Origin: the human T2T-CHM13v2.0 reference genome, Homo sapiens
DNA: 64,000 nt
Strand: one strand, 5' to 3'
Assembly: GCF_009914755.1 (NCBI RefSeq)
Contig: NC_060937.1
Numbering within the stretch: the stretch's first letter is position 1; every line of letters starts with the position of its first letter. A program made the position numbers and the translations under genes. Positions 44,751 to 57,470 of the stretch are shown piece by piece. The notes under the pieces were generated by a model that had not been told where the DNA came from, ran no database searches, and was given only the letters and a program-made list of their open reading frames with translations.

Positions 44751-45020
44751 CCCACAAATCATTGTGCTAAGTAAAAGAAGCCAGTCACAAATGGCCACAT
44801 ATTGTATGATTCCATTTATATGAAATGTTCAGAGCAGGCAAATCCTGGAGACAGGAAGGTAGATTAGTGGTTGCCAGGGCTTGCGGGGAGGGGATGGAGG
44901 GTGACTGATAATCAGTATTGGGTTTCTTTTGGGGGTGATGAAAATGTTCTAAAATTAGATTAATGGTGATGGTTGCACAACTCTTGAATGGACCAAAAAC
45001 CACTGAATTATATACTTTAA

Positions 45021-45073
45021 TATTCTTGTCTCTTACAGTCATATTTTGGGGTGTCATATTCTGGTCTCCTATA
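45021..45073 (-). mobile_element. 53-bp ERV1 LTR 5'-end remnant (MER34-like)
   Basis: Minus strand TATAGGAGACCAGAATATGACACCCCAAAATATGACTGTAAGAGACAAGAATA resembles the recalled MER34-family start. Confidence 0.6.
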
Positions 45074-48000
45074 GTATGTGAGATTTACCTCAATAAAGCT
45101 GCTATTTTTAAAAACCCAGCAACTGATGACTAAAGTAATCACAGAGTTATGTTGAAGGCCTAGAATATCCAGTTATTTTGAAATTTGTTGCCACATATTA
45201 CCCCATCAGTGTGAGATTTTACACTAGTTGTTTTTCCAGCTTAAAACTTTAGAAGGCTGATTTTAGAGACCTAATTTTCCCTTAATGTTCTGTAACATCA
45301 CTACCTAATAGTAGAAGTTTACAAACATGTTGCAAAAAACTTGCTGTTCCCTCCCCCGTTACAATCTTTTCAATTTAATTTAGTGTTAGTTTTAAATCAC
45401 TCCTAATTGCATATTTTGAATTTTCCCTATTTAAATGGAAATTTTTAACAAATTATGTCACTAGGACTCTGAATAAATCTGGTGTTTCCTTTTATATCAA
45501 TTTTTTATTTCTAATTTATTTGTTTTTAACTTAAAGCTCTGTATATTCCGTTTATTTGAAATGAAATGCATCTGTCTTTGATTTTGCATACTGTGTTTTC
45601 AGTAGTACATAATCCTGAATGATAAATGGCCTCTTTATCTAAATAGAGATCCCTAAGTATCATGTTTCTAAAATTTGAATTTAAGATCATGAGCCTTTTA
45701 CAAAGGTTGTTCGAGGTTAATTAAACATAATTCACAATAAGAGAAAATATTCTTTCCTTAAGATGTAGCTTATTAAAGGCCGAAATCTCATAGACTAAAT
45801 CTCATAGAATCTTTGGGGTTGGTGGCAAGGATGGGAGAAGGGTTAAGAATGCAATTGCAAATTTCCGGACGCTACCAACATTTTTATTTGCGATGCTTAT
45901 TCTTATAGGGCTCTGAAACTTAATAAAAAAAAGTTAACTCTTAGTTCTTAACCTCTGTGTCATATCTCTATCCAAGTATTTATCAGATAATATGAAGTGG
46001 GCATTATAAGTGAATGCCTAGATTAAAGTAACCACATTAAATGGAGACTACACTACCAGCTATGCTGACAGGGCCCATGCTTTGATGAAGAGCATTATAA
46101 TGTCCCATCTCCTCTCACTTCCAGAATGATGGAGAAAGGCCAGAGAGTTCATATTCCATCCACCAACAGACTAAATAGAAGATGTGAAAGTCATGGGGAT
46201 TCGTATGAACTGAAAGCATATTTTTTCAGTCCCACAGTTAGCAATGATACTAATTTTTAAAATGTCAGGTTTGTCTTCCAAAACAATTGGCCTTAAATCA
46301 AGAAAGAATGTAAAGAAATGAAAGAATGTGCACATAAATACACACACACATGCACACACACACACACGCTTGCTGACACGCATGCATACACTTTTCTCTC
46401 CATGAGAACGTCAAGTTTGTTTGAGTGGTGGTGGGGAGGTTGATGTAGAACTAGAAGAGGTTTTTGGTGTGTGCTTTAATTACATTTTTCATTCAGCTTA
46501 GGCTCAGGGAAAGCTCTTTCTAGGCGGGGATTTAGAAATTGACTTGAATGTGGCAAGAGTATGAAGCTGTGACTCACTGCTGACTAATCCCTTATGCAGA
46601 TAAGATTATTTGTGACTTTTACATGGGCAACTTTACAAATATGTAATATTTTATTTTAGAGTAATTGTGTTATTGGTCTTTAAGGTCCACAATAGGACTG
46701 AATGTTTAGGCAGCTGCTGTCCAGCAACATTATATTTAGTTTGTAGAAAGTTTCTAATCCTAGGAACCTGCTTTTTCCTTTAAATCTTTATAGTATATTA
46801 AACGCACTATTTTACCACACTGATTTCTTGCTTTAGAGGTTTTGCCATTCTAAGTAATCCTCAAACTATTAGATTCAATATGTGAAGTCTCTGATCTCAA
46901 AGTCTGAATAGAAAATTCAAAATAGTCACGTATATAGCATTTATGTCTTGAATCCAGGTGTCAAAAAATAAATCAAGAAATTACCTAAATGTTTAACACC
47001 AGCAACTGGAATTGGCACTTCTCCGCAATTATGTTCATTTCAATAATTCTGCTCTGGTTTGTTCATTTTAAGGCTGTCTTACAATTCATATTTTAATTGT
47101 CTGTCAATGAAACTCATAGATAGGTTTTGTAGCTCTTGGCACAAAAGACATCACAGTGTTAGCCACTGAAGTGGCCAAAGTCTAAAATCATCAAAACTTG
47201 GACAGTTTTCATCCCATCCATACATGGGTCATTGACTTTACTCATTTTTCCTTAAGCTTCAGAAAAGTTATTTACACGGAAAAAAATCTGTGTGGTTTAA
47301 AATGTTTACCAGGAAAAAATGCTCTAATAACGTCAACATTCCTACTGTCTATGTTTATGAGGGAAACATGTCTTCCGCATGCCTCTCTGAGCTTTTTACT
47401 TGACACTGCCTTCTTTGAGGGTCACAGTTTAACAGGGCACATTCATTGATCATTAGGCCTGTCACCAGGCTACCATCAGGGACCTACCCTTCCAATGACC
47501 TATAGCCATGCACAACTCCTTTTCATGTGACATCAGAGTTAATTAAGGTTGGTTTGGGAGAAATCTCCTGCTGACCAAGGAGTTACCTTTTCCCAAAAAA
47601 TGCTCTACTCCTACACCGCTGGTCTGTTATTAAATGAGTTCAAAAACCACCTCCATAGAGCTGTCTAACAATATGTCATTTCAGTTTACCATACGATGTC
47701 ATGAAAGTTATCTGAGCTGCCTAGGGCAAAGGTCAAGATCTGGTTGACAGGGCACGAGACATAACTCGTAAAATACTCGGTAGAGAAGTCTGGTAGACCT
47801 TCGTCTGGTTATGCAAATGGACACGAACAGAGAAAACACTCTTTACACCCTAAAAATGCATACAGGAACGTTTTGTCTGTTAGGAAGGGCTTGGACACAT
47901 CTCTGTTTTCTCTATCAGTGGCAGGACACTTTTACATTTGAAGCATACTCCCCACGGGCTTATGTTCTTATCCAATGTCACTGTTTAGAGGTCTGAGAGG

Positions 48001-50484
48001 AAACTGAGCTCTGACGTCACGTCTTATAGAATGGATCATAATTGCCAGTAGTGTTATGCTACTCAGAAGTTGTTTCAGGCTGAAATATACACATTTTCAG
48101 ATTGTGAACACCTGGAAGAGACATGACAACTGATTGCTCAGTGGAGATGCCATTTCAATAAACACACTCAATGTATGTGAGACTAAATATACAGGTGGCT
48201 TAGTGAAAGTAACTGAGTTTTTAAATTAGTTTGTTAATTTTTTATCAATTTGTGCATCCTCTTTAGAATCATAGTGTCTGATCAGTGACAAAATGCTTTT
48301 AGCTGCAAGAGCATTTGCATAGAGTTGTATTATTAAGACTAGTAGTACTAATAACATGCTTGAACTGCCTTAACTTTAGATTTCTAATCTCTAAATTATT
48401 TAGGATTGCAAATTTCAGTTCTGCCAAAGGCATCCTCCGTGTTCTCTTTAAATAAACAATTACCAGTTTGGAAGCATAGCATGGAATGCATGTGACTCGC
48501 AATCTAAAATGGAAAGTTTTCTGTTTTACATAGCATCAGGATTACAGTTTGGTCTATGTCCAGATATTTTACCAAATACTCTGCTTTCATTACTGTTCAG
48601 TGTCAAAGTTCCAGGCATCTATAGAGATGATGACAGCATGTTTCAATGTTATGGATTTGTCATTTATGTGGATCCCTGTGGGTTCCCTTAGAAGGAAAGT
48701 CTCACAGAAAAGATCTGGGAGATATTTGATCAATTCCGTATAGGAGCTTGCCATGTAACAGTTTAAGTATAAAAGCGGGAATTGGAACTTTTAAATTTTA
48801 TTCAACTACGTCTTATAACCTGTCATGTGACATAATCTTCAGATCCACACACAGTTCCTTCTGGAAAAAAATGAATATGTCATGGAGCTGTAATGTGATG
48901 CTGTTAAACTACCATAAAATGCATATTGTTCCAGTTTCTATTTTGATTCCCAAATAGTGCCTTCACATTTTTGTATAATAAAATGAATAAGAAAGGCTGG
49001 CAAACAGGCAGACAGACAAGTGTGCACCTTAGCACTGTAGCTGTTCATGCCAGAAAAGCCAAAAATGTTATTATAGCAATACAAAGCCTTATCTATTCTC
49101 CTCATGCAGACTTTCAGCTTCAGAATCGATTACAAATAATGACAGAATACCATTTGCTTTGTATATAAAAATGGAGGAGAGATGAAATGAGATTGGAAGG
49201 CCGAATGTGATAAAGTTCTGATGTTAATTTTCAGCTTACTTTGATACAGTTTATGAAGTCCAAATTATATAGAAAACATCTTTCTGGAGTCCTTTAGACT
49301 GTTCATAAAGGGTATTCTTTAAATTCACCCACTAACAGGAAAGTTGAGAAGATCTCTATCTTTGCAACCAATAATATATACAAACCCTCTGACCTTTGAG
49401 ATTTAAATGGCCAAGAGTGTGCAATAAAGTTATCCATCATAGGGGAATTGAGTTTTTGAAAGCTACATTAGCAAATTTCTAAGACTCATTAAACACATTC
49501 TTGATGATTGTGTTTTCTATTGTCATAATCAGTTTCCTTCTAAGTTAAACAATTTGAAATATAATTGCCTTTCATTACACATATTTTGGAGATTAATCAT
49601 GCTTCGGAAATGGGGTGGACATGTTGATTAAACTGTTATTTTTTATTCTGGGTTTTTCTAATTTCACATTTTCTTAAGATATCCTTCACGTAGTAAGTAT
49701 TTGTAAGAGCTGTGCTTTCCTAAGATTTCAAAAACTTAAAAAAATCTTATCTTAGATGGAATTCATGTTATACAAGTTTTGCTGAGAGTCAAATTTCTGG
49801 AAGGAAAAGTAATCCATTAAAAGTAGTACATTTTCACCAGCAGTATCTGAATTTTTAAAAGAAATAATTTACCGAATGTTTTTCACTCATTTCGGCATGT
49901 GATATTAAGGCCTTCCTTACAAATACCCATAGAAGACTTTAGCGTTGTTTGTATTCAATGCCTGGGGAATGCTGGTTTTCATTCTCAGGGGATATATACC
50001 CATACACCTTCATTACTCTATCTAGAACTTTATTTCTAGAAATTAGCTTTTTTAAAAATATCATCCAAGACATTATATCTCTGATAGAAGAAAAACAACA
50101 ATTTCTGTTATCAGTTGGCCACCAACCCAACAGCTTTAAAATAACTTATGAATCAGCTCATTCTGTAGGACAAAACCAAAACCAAAGTAGAAGTTACATA
50201 AAACCAAAAGGAACAGCTCTGTGGAGAGGTAGTAAGGTGCCCAATGCCGAAGCTGCTCCCATGAAATTAAGCCACCACCTCCTTTGGATGAGACTGATGA
50301 ACTGAGTTAAGGGTTGGACTCTTAGGTGCAATCCCAGGAGTCTGGGAACTCCATCCTCATTTAGCTATGCTTCTTATCTCTCTTTTACTGCCACCAATCC
50401 TGGTTTTTCCCCTCACTACATTCTCTATATGACCCCTTTCTCTCACTCCCTTACCTTGTTTATTTTTCCATCTTTAACCTCAAC

Positions 50485-50790
50485 ATTTATTCTTTCATTT
50501 AATTTTTTGAACGTATACCGATAGAGATACAACAATAAACAAGACAAACGAGGTTGCTTCCTTTACAGTGTTTATAGCTTAGCATGGACAACAGATAAAT
50601 AAGTATATATAGATATATATGTAATGATGCATAAAAATAATTTCTGCTTAAAGAAATAGAAAATTACATTATATTTGTGTGTTATCATGGGGAAGTGCCA
50701 GGTGTGGAGGTACCTCACTCAGCCCAGGGAGTGAGAGTCTTCTATTAGAATAAAGTTGGAGGTGAGACCTGAAGAATCAATGTGTATTTG
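50485..50790 (-). mobile_element. L2 fragment
   Basis: Degraded similarity to the L2 3' region (aacaagacaaac...gagacctgaagaat). Confidence 0.55.
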
Positions 50791-51662
50791 CTAAAAGAAA
50801 TAGCAGGGTCTCTTTCTCCTTCAAAGACTTCCACATCTTTCCACCCTCTAAGCTTCATCTTTCCTTTTAAACAAGTGTTTTCTTCTAACAGTTTCACATA
50901 CATTTCCTTGTTTCTTAGAACTCTTGTTTTCCTCAGCCTCTGTGCTGGGAGGAGAAAGCTCTATCATCTTCTTTCAATGCTGTGGTTCGCATATTTTTTG
51001 TCTGGGGTCTACCTGACTTCACCTGCCACTAGGAAAAAAGCCACAAGTAATCATACTTTAGATACATACCCAGGTCACGTTGTGCTTGTTAAAACAGAGC
51101 ACCACGGAAGACGACCGGGGTGGAGACTCAGCAATGAGGGAATGAATGAGGACTGTCAGATGTGATGCGTTAGCCAGGACTTCATGTTCTTAACGTGTCC
51201 TTCCTTTTGGCAGGTCACCTAGCCAGTACCACACATGACCCAGAGCCAAGAGGAAATAATTTTCAACCAAAATGTTCTCATTCCAGGTGACAAAACAATG
51301 GCAGCAATAGTAACATTACCTAGTGACTCGGGCTCTGTTGGTGTACCTAGAAATTAAAGGTTCCAATCAACTATCTTCTGTGCTGTTTGGGAACCTAAGC
51401 CAGTTAACAGTCTCCCAGCAGGAAGGCTCATCTCAAGGAAAATATCTCCTGGGAAGCAATTCTCTAGAAGATGGGCAGTGTAGATCCTCATTCTCAATCC
51501 TGAGTCTACAGTCGAGTCAGGAGAACATGGCCAGCTTAGCCAAAAATGAGAAAATGGTCACTGGACCTAGAAGATAACCCAAATGGAAGGAACAGAATAT
51601 TGCCTGTGTATTGGGAGAATTGTTGCCAGCTCCTGGCCATATTTCTCCTAACCTCCTCCGCT

Positions 51663-51665
<3 letters not shown>

Positions 51666-51711
<46 letters not shown>
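51666..51711. repeat. (CA)n microsatellite
   Basis: About 20 CA units. Confidence 0.95.
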
Positions 51712-51713
<2 letters not shown>

Positions 51714-51789
51714 ACTTAGAAGGTGAACCAATGAGGAACCATGACTCCTAGAAGGGCCTCAGACCCAGAGAAATGGCTCAGGATATGAT

Positions 51790-51900
51790 TTCAGTCAGTT
51801 CAGCCAGTATTTATTGAGTGACCATTATGTGCCAGGCACTGTACTGGATTCACAATTGCAAAGATGGGTCAGAAACATTTCTTCCTCTTGAAGGTCTTTC
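51790..51900 (-). mobile_element. L2 3' end fragment
   Basis: ttcagtcagttcagccagtatttattgagtg...tgtgccaggcactgtact. Confidence 0.75.
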
Positions 51901-52395
51901 AGCTCTAAGCTGGCCTCTTAGGGGCTGTCATTTAGAAGTAGAATAGGTGAATACTAAGAAATATGGAAGATAATCTAAGTCAACAAATAGAGATCTCCTG
52001 CAAACTATGTACACTATGTCTTTAAGGAACACATCCTTTAATATAGGAAGTCACACATTCTTCACCAACATAAGTGATTTATCTTAGTAAAACTCAGTTA
52101 AATTCACAAAATAAGAACACTTATTCAATGATAAACATGTAACACAATGAATACAACCATATCTATACCTCAAAATAAAATATAATGGATTACTTGATGA
52201 TAATCCCTTGAGCATCTTTTAAATGAATGTATTAAAATGTTATAAAATAAAAATCTTCTACACATTCCTGAACTCAGCTTGGAAATAGGGCATGAATCTA
52301 GAATAATGACTGGCTATAAAATCGGGATCAGGAGAATTAAATTTAATATGGCTCATGTTTTTCCTCATGCAGTTGTGGGAGAAAATACAGACCTC

Positions 52396-52744
52396 GCCGG
52401 GTGTGGTGGCTCACGCCTGTAATCCCAACACTCTGGGAGGCCAAGGCGGGTGGGAGTTTGAGACCAGCCTGACCAACATGAAGAAATCCCATCTCTACTA
52501 AAAATACAATATTAGCCCAGCGTGGCGGTGCATGCCTGTAATCCCAGCTATTCAGGAGGCTGAGGCAGGAGAATTGCTTGAACCCAGGAGGTGGAGATTG
52601 CAGTGAGCCGAGATCACTCCAGCCTGGACAACAAAAGTGAAACTCCATCTCAAAAAAAAGCCTGGACAACAAAAGTAAAACTCCATCTCAAAATAAATAA
52701 ATAAATAAATAATAATAAAGAAAGAAAAAGAAAAAAAAAGAAAA
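52396..52744 (+). mobile_element. AluSp-like with two internal deletions and a duplicated 3' end
   Basis: TSD GAAAATACAG[A/C]CCTC (52381-52395 and 52745-52759). Confidence 0.95.
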
Positions 52745-54964
52745 GAAAATACAGCCCTCCAAATCATTGGAAGAGGAATATTTCTTAAACCTCCCCTCCT
52801 AAGTTTGTATTTAACATTATCCCAAAATGGTGAATGAATTACTCCAGCAAGGCAATTCCATGCCCATCGGTTTGGACTATAAAGCGCATTTAAGAAATAA
52901 CAACAACCAAGCAAACTTTATTTCTACAGTTTAGGATTTTACTCCCTCTAAGAAAAGATAATCTGGATATAGAACCACTAAGTTTAATGTCAGTCTCAAA
53001 AGGCTAAAGTGAAGTAGAAATTCCTGAAAATTCACTCCTGTTAGTTTCCTGAATTTCCCATTTGCCTTCTAAGTGACTTTGCGTAGCGAATACTTTGATA
53101 GGGTATTTTTCATTGACCAGTTTTGAAGACAGAGGATGGGATGGGAGCTTGAGTGGCTGAACCACTTTTAGCTTGTACATCAACAATGTGTGTCAAATAT
53201 TTCCTAACCCTCAAGAAGTTACAGGTACTCAAAGTCCATTCCAGGGCACTGCAATTACTCTATTTCCACACATATATTTTTCTCTAGTTCTACCAGAAGT
53301 CCTTATGGAGAGGATTCTGAAGCCATAAAAATTTTCAAAGAACAGCAGTGAACAAAAATCTGATCTAGCAGGAGACATTAAGTGGAAAAAGAGAGTTAAA
53401 CAATGTTTTCCAAAAAGAAAACAATACCATTAATCATAGATGCAGTGTTGTTGCCAGAGTTTACACTGCCTTTTAAAACTGTTTGTTTGTAATCCTCTCT
53501 AGCATATCCCTGCCTCCCCATCTGTTTACATACATTTTTGGTTTCTCTAATGCCAACTTAGAGAAAGAAAACAATCATAAAAATCCAACAGTGGATTTTT
53601 ACATACATAGACACCATGCATATTTTTACATAGTATATACACCATTCCGTATAATTTCCATCTAAAGCATGTATCCATTTGACCAAACGTTCCAGCTTTT
53701 TCTTTGGAGTGAAAGATAAAACTCCTCAATAGGTGGCAGGATAGGATTTTTCTCAGCTTCTGGTAACATGACAGTATTCTGGTTGAAAAAGTGTCCTTCT
53801 CCGAGTAACAGGTCAAGAAAGAAGAAGGAAAACGCTATTTTCTCCTTCTTGACTTCTTGCAGGTCTATGTTAAAGGAATGATCTAAGAAGGAGGGAGAGA
53901 CACAGGAGCTACGGGGCTTAAAGAAATGCTCCCCGTGTTGCTCACTGTACAAGGACTGCCAATCAAACAGGGAAATCAAAGTGACTGACAGTAACTTGTT
54001 TAAGAAAAAGGCTCTTGGATGGTTGTCTTTTCTCATAAATATGACAGTTTTTTTATTCTAAACCCTGAAAACAAAACTCTTGCCTTTTTTCTTTAATTCC
54101 TAGATTTAATCATTCAAGATACTTTGAGTAAATGTTGGTGGAAAGAGTCCCCGCTTTCAAAATTAAAAAGACCTAGGTTTGAATCTTGGCTTGGCTGTTC
54201 CATAAATGGATGGCCCTCAGCAAGTCAGCAGGGTTTCCTCAGCCTTGGGGCTTCAATCCATAAAACAAAGTTACAGGTGTGCACAGTAGGTGGCTAGGAA
54301 GAGACTTGATGGAGTTAACACAGAAAGTGCCCTGTGCTGAGATGTTCACATTTTTTTCCCTTCCCTGGGGGACAGTTAATGTCCTCCCCTATCCAATTCA
54401 TGTAGCATCTGCCTTCAGGGTCAAACACACTTCCAGGTCGTTCTGTGAGGTATTTTAGTTTCATTCTGGAAAAGCTGTGAGCTTTCTGGAATCTGAAAGG
54501 TGCAGAGGAGCCCACGTTGGATTCCTGGAAACCATCTGTGAGAGGGCAGTCCCAGCTTTTTCCTAGGACCTGCCTGATATGAGCTTTTCTAGAATAAAGT
54601 GCTGGCCTCATGCTGTTGTTTGTCATCTGAACTGGTTTAAAGCCATATCTAGGAGAGCAGTTTGGAAGCCCACATAAAATCATGTCCTTGATGGCTTTGG
54701 GGCTCCTTTTCTGACTAAGTTTTTTGGGAGGTCCTTGAATGCCTACGATAAGAAAACTCACATGATTAAAATTCTGTCTTATTGGAGATGTGAACAGTGT
54801 CTGCCACATACAGCAGTGGAATCTCCCAAGGCCACTTTAAGCTGGAGTAGCAGTGGCTTCTCACATTCTTTGGAGATGGCCAAACTCCAAGGACAGAAGG
54901 AGGGAAAGACTAGCACAGTCCCCTTGATGCTTTTTCTTTCTCCTCTTTTCATTTAGGCTTGAAG

Positions 54965-55147
54965 GCATGGTAGGAGGATCCCTAAATGTCGGGTTTGCAA
55001 GTCTGATAGACTCAGATTCAAATAATTCCAAGTTTACTTACCACTTCTGTGATCTTAGGGAAAGTATTTAATTTACCTAAGCATCAGTTTTTGCATGGTT
55101 AAGAGGACCGTACCTCTCGGGACTGAGTAAAATAATATATGTAAATC
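54965..55147 (+). mobile_element. MIR SINE interrupted by L1PA
   Basis: ttaccacttctgtgatcttagggaaagt...aagcatcagttt. Confidence 0.7.
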
Positions 55148-55312
55148 CTGTTGTGGTGTGGGGGGAGGGGGGAGGGATAGCATTAGGAGATATACCTAAT
55201 GTTAAATGACGAGTTACTGGGTGCAGCACACCAACATGGCACATGTATACGTATGTAACTAACCTGCATGTTGTGCACATGTACCCTAAAACTTAAAGTA
55301 TAAAAAAAGAAA
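55148..55312 (+). mobile_element. Young primate L1 (L1PA3/4-like), 5'-truncated to about 155 bp of 3' UTR
   Basis: gggagggatagcattaggagatatacctaatgttaaatgacgag...gtaccctaaaacttaaagtataaaaaaa. Confidence 0.95.
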
Positions 55313-55839
55313 TATTTGTCTGTAATATTTAAATGCCTAATAAATATATAATTGAAATAAAAAATATATGTAAATCAATTACATATATTGATTGTATAGT
55401 CAGTAGGGTTTGGTTGCCTCCTTTCTCCCTTCCCCAAAGCATGTCTGTCCCTGCAGTCTCGGCACCTCCAGAAAAAGGTGCTAAATCAGGGCCTCTATGA
55501 TAAGAGCCCCAAGAAGCTGCAGAGCTGCCTGCACTCAGAATCTTGGGGTCAGCTGTCCTCCCTTGCTGGTGTCATGTTAGTCATCAGAGGCTGCTGCCCA
55601 GCATGCCTGTCAGGTACTCAAAACAAAATTTGAATTAAGAATAGAAAGCTCTTCTCTGGGGCCTGTTTTATTTTTTATTTATTTATTTATTTATTTTTAC
55701 TCCCAGATACTGTTTAGAAGGGTCAAGACATTATGTAGTATTTATTGTTATTTACTATAATAAGTTATTTACTGTATTTTCTTGGCCAAACTCCAGCTTA
55801 ATAGCTAGACTGAAAAGCAAACATGAAGTGTTACACAAT

Positions 55840-56277
55840 GGTGTGGTCCATTGTGAGGCTGTGCTCCTCTCCACGCAGAGAGGCATCTGCTTCCCACCCC
55901 TCGCATCTGAGCTGGGCTTGCTTTGACCAATAGAATGTGGTAGAGCGGTGTTGTAGGCGTTCCAAAGCCTAAGCCTCAATATGCCTTGCAGCTTCCACCA
56001 TCACACTCTTGCAACACCGCTGCCCCCAGGGAAAGGAAGCCCCGGCCAGGCTACTGAATGAGGAAAGATCTCATGAAGAGGGAGGCCCAGCACCAAGGAC
56101 CCAGTGGAAATGCCAAGGACTATAGATGCATGAGAAACCCAGGTGAGACCCGAAGGGAAACTACTCAGCTGAGCCCAGCCCAAAGGTCTAGAAGAATCAT
56201 GAAGCATAATGCATTGTTGTGTTGGGTGACTAAGTTTTGGCACATCTCGTTATGTAGAAATAGATGGCAGATCCAAA
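55840..56277 (+). mobile_element. MLT1 (G/H-like) MaLR LTR
   Basis: ttgctttgaccaatagaatgtgg...cagctgagcccagcccaaa...actaagttttgg. Confidence 0.8.
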
Positions 56278-57122
56278 TGGCTATTGTGCCTCAGCCTTGT
56301 AGAAACAGTGACTGTGTGGTAGTTCAAGTGTATGCTCTTTCTGTATTTGAAAATAAAAGCACCAAAGTGGAGCTCACGCAATATTAAGAATTACATGTTG
56401 TACGGGTTACCCTGGATGCCCCCAGGAAGGGGGAAGCAGTTTGAATTCTTGGTGTTTCACAAGAAGTGTTCCCAGGACCGTGGTTTCACACGATGGGAGG
56501 CCAGCTCTGTCTCCAACCAGCAGTAGCTTTTCACAACAGTGGGGACAGAACCCTGGCACATCATGAAAGTTAGGAGGCCACCCTGCCCCCAACAGATAGA
56601 ATTCAGCCACCCAAGTGGGAGCCATACTGATCCCAGCACCGGAAATGCAGATACGGAGGCCCGGATGGAGAGGAAATTTTGCAGGCATACTGGAGGAAAC
56701 CAGGGCTGGACCAAGGCATGTGGGTGCCCGGGACAGGCCAATAGTATGGTGTTTGCCAATATTTACATAGAGAAAAGACTGAGCACTCCACAGCATAAGG
56801 CAGAAGCATAAGGCAGAGAAGGAGGACCATTGTTAGTCTAGACGGGCAATTCACTGCCCCTAACGTACGTACCTCACTCGGCAAAACAGTCCCCCTCTCC
56901 TCAGAAGGCAATTTAATCTAGACTCATTGATTCAATGCCCTGGCATTTGATCTAAGTATTCTTTCTTGCACACTCTACTAGCACATACTCTTCCTGGCAG
57001 GAATTCTCGTAAATAGTTTCTTCCACCTTGTCGTATGTCTAGTGATGATTTAGTGCCTTTTACAGATTGGCATTTGGGCAGGTGCCTCCCATGTGGCCAG
57101 GCCTCTCAAACTGGCCCCTGGG

Positions 57123-57470
57123 CAGAGGTTCTCAAAGTGTGATCTCTGGACCAGGCACAACAGCATCCCCTGGGAACTTGTTAGAAAAGCAAATTCTTGG
57201 CCCTATCCCAGGCCTACTGAATGAGAAACTCTGGGGTGGGGCCCAGCCAGCTAGTTTTGCAAGCCCACCAGGTGATTCTAATGTGTGATGAAATTTGAGG
57301 TTCTTAACCTCAGCTGCCCATTGGAATCACCCAGGAGCTTTAAAATTACCTATGCCTAGGTCCCTCTCAAGAGCTCATGATTAAATTGGTCAGAGGTACA
57401 GCCAAGACCCGAGGATTTTTAAAAGCTCTCCAGATTATTCTAATGTAGAGCCCAGGCTGGGGACCACGGC
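57123..57470 (+). mobile_element. Abutting MER5A-like and MER5B-like hAT-Charlie elements
   Basis: cagaggttctcaaagtgtg...cagcatcccctgggaacttgttagaaa...ggtgattct, then ttcttaacct...ggaatcacccaggagctt...ggggaccac. Confidence 0.8.

Noticed and set aside
56700-56760. Possible MER91-like hAT-Tip100 fragment
   Set aside because: The match is too short and relies on memory only, so I cannot support it as a feature.
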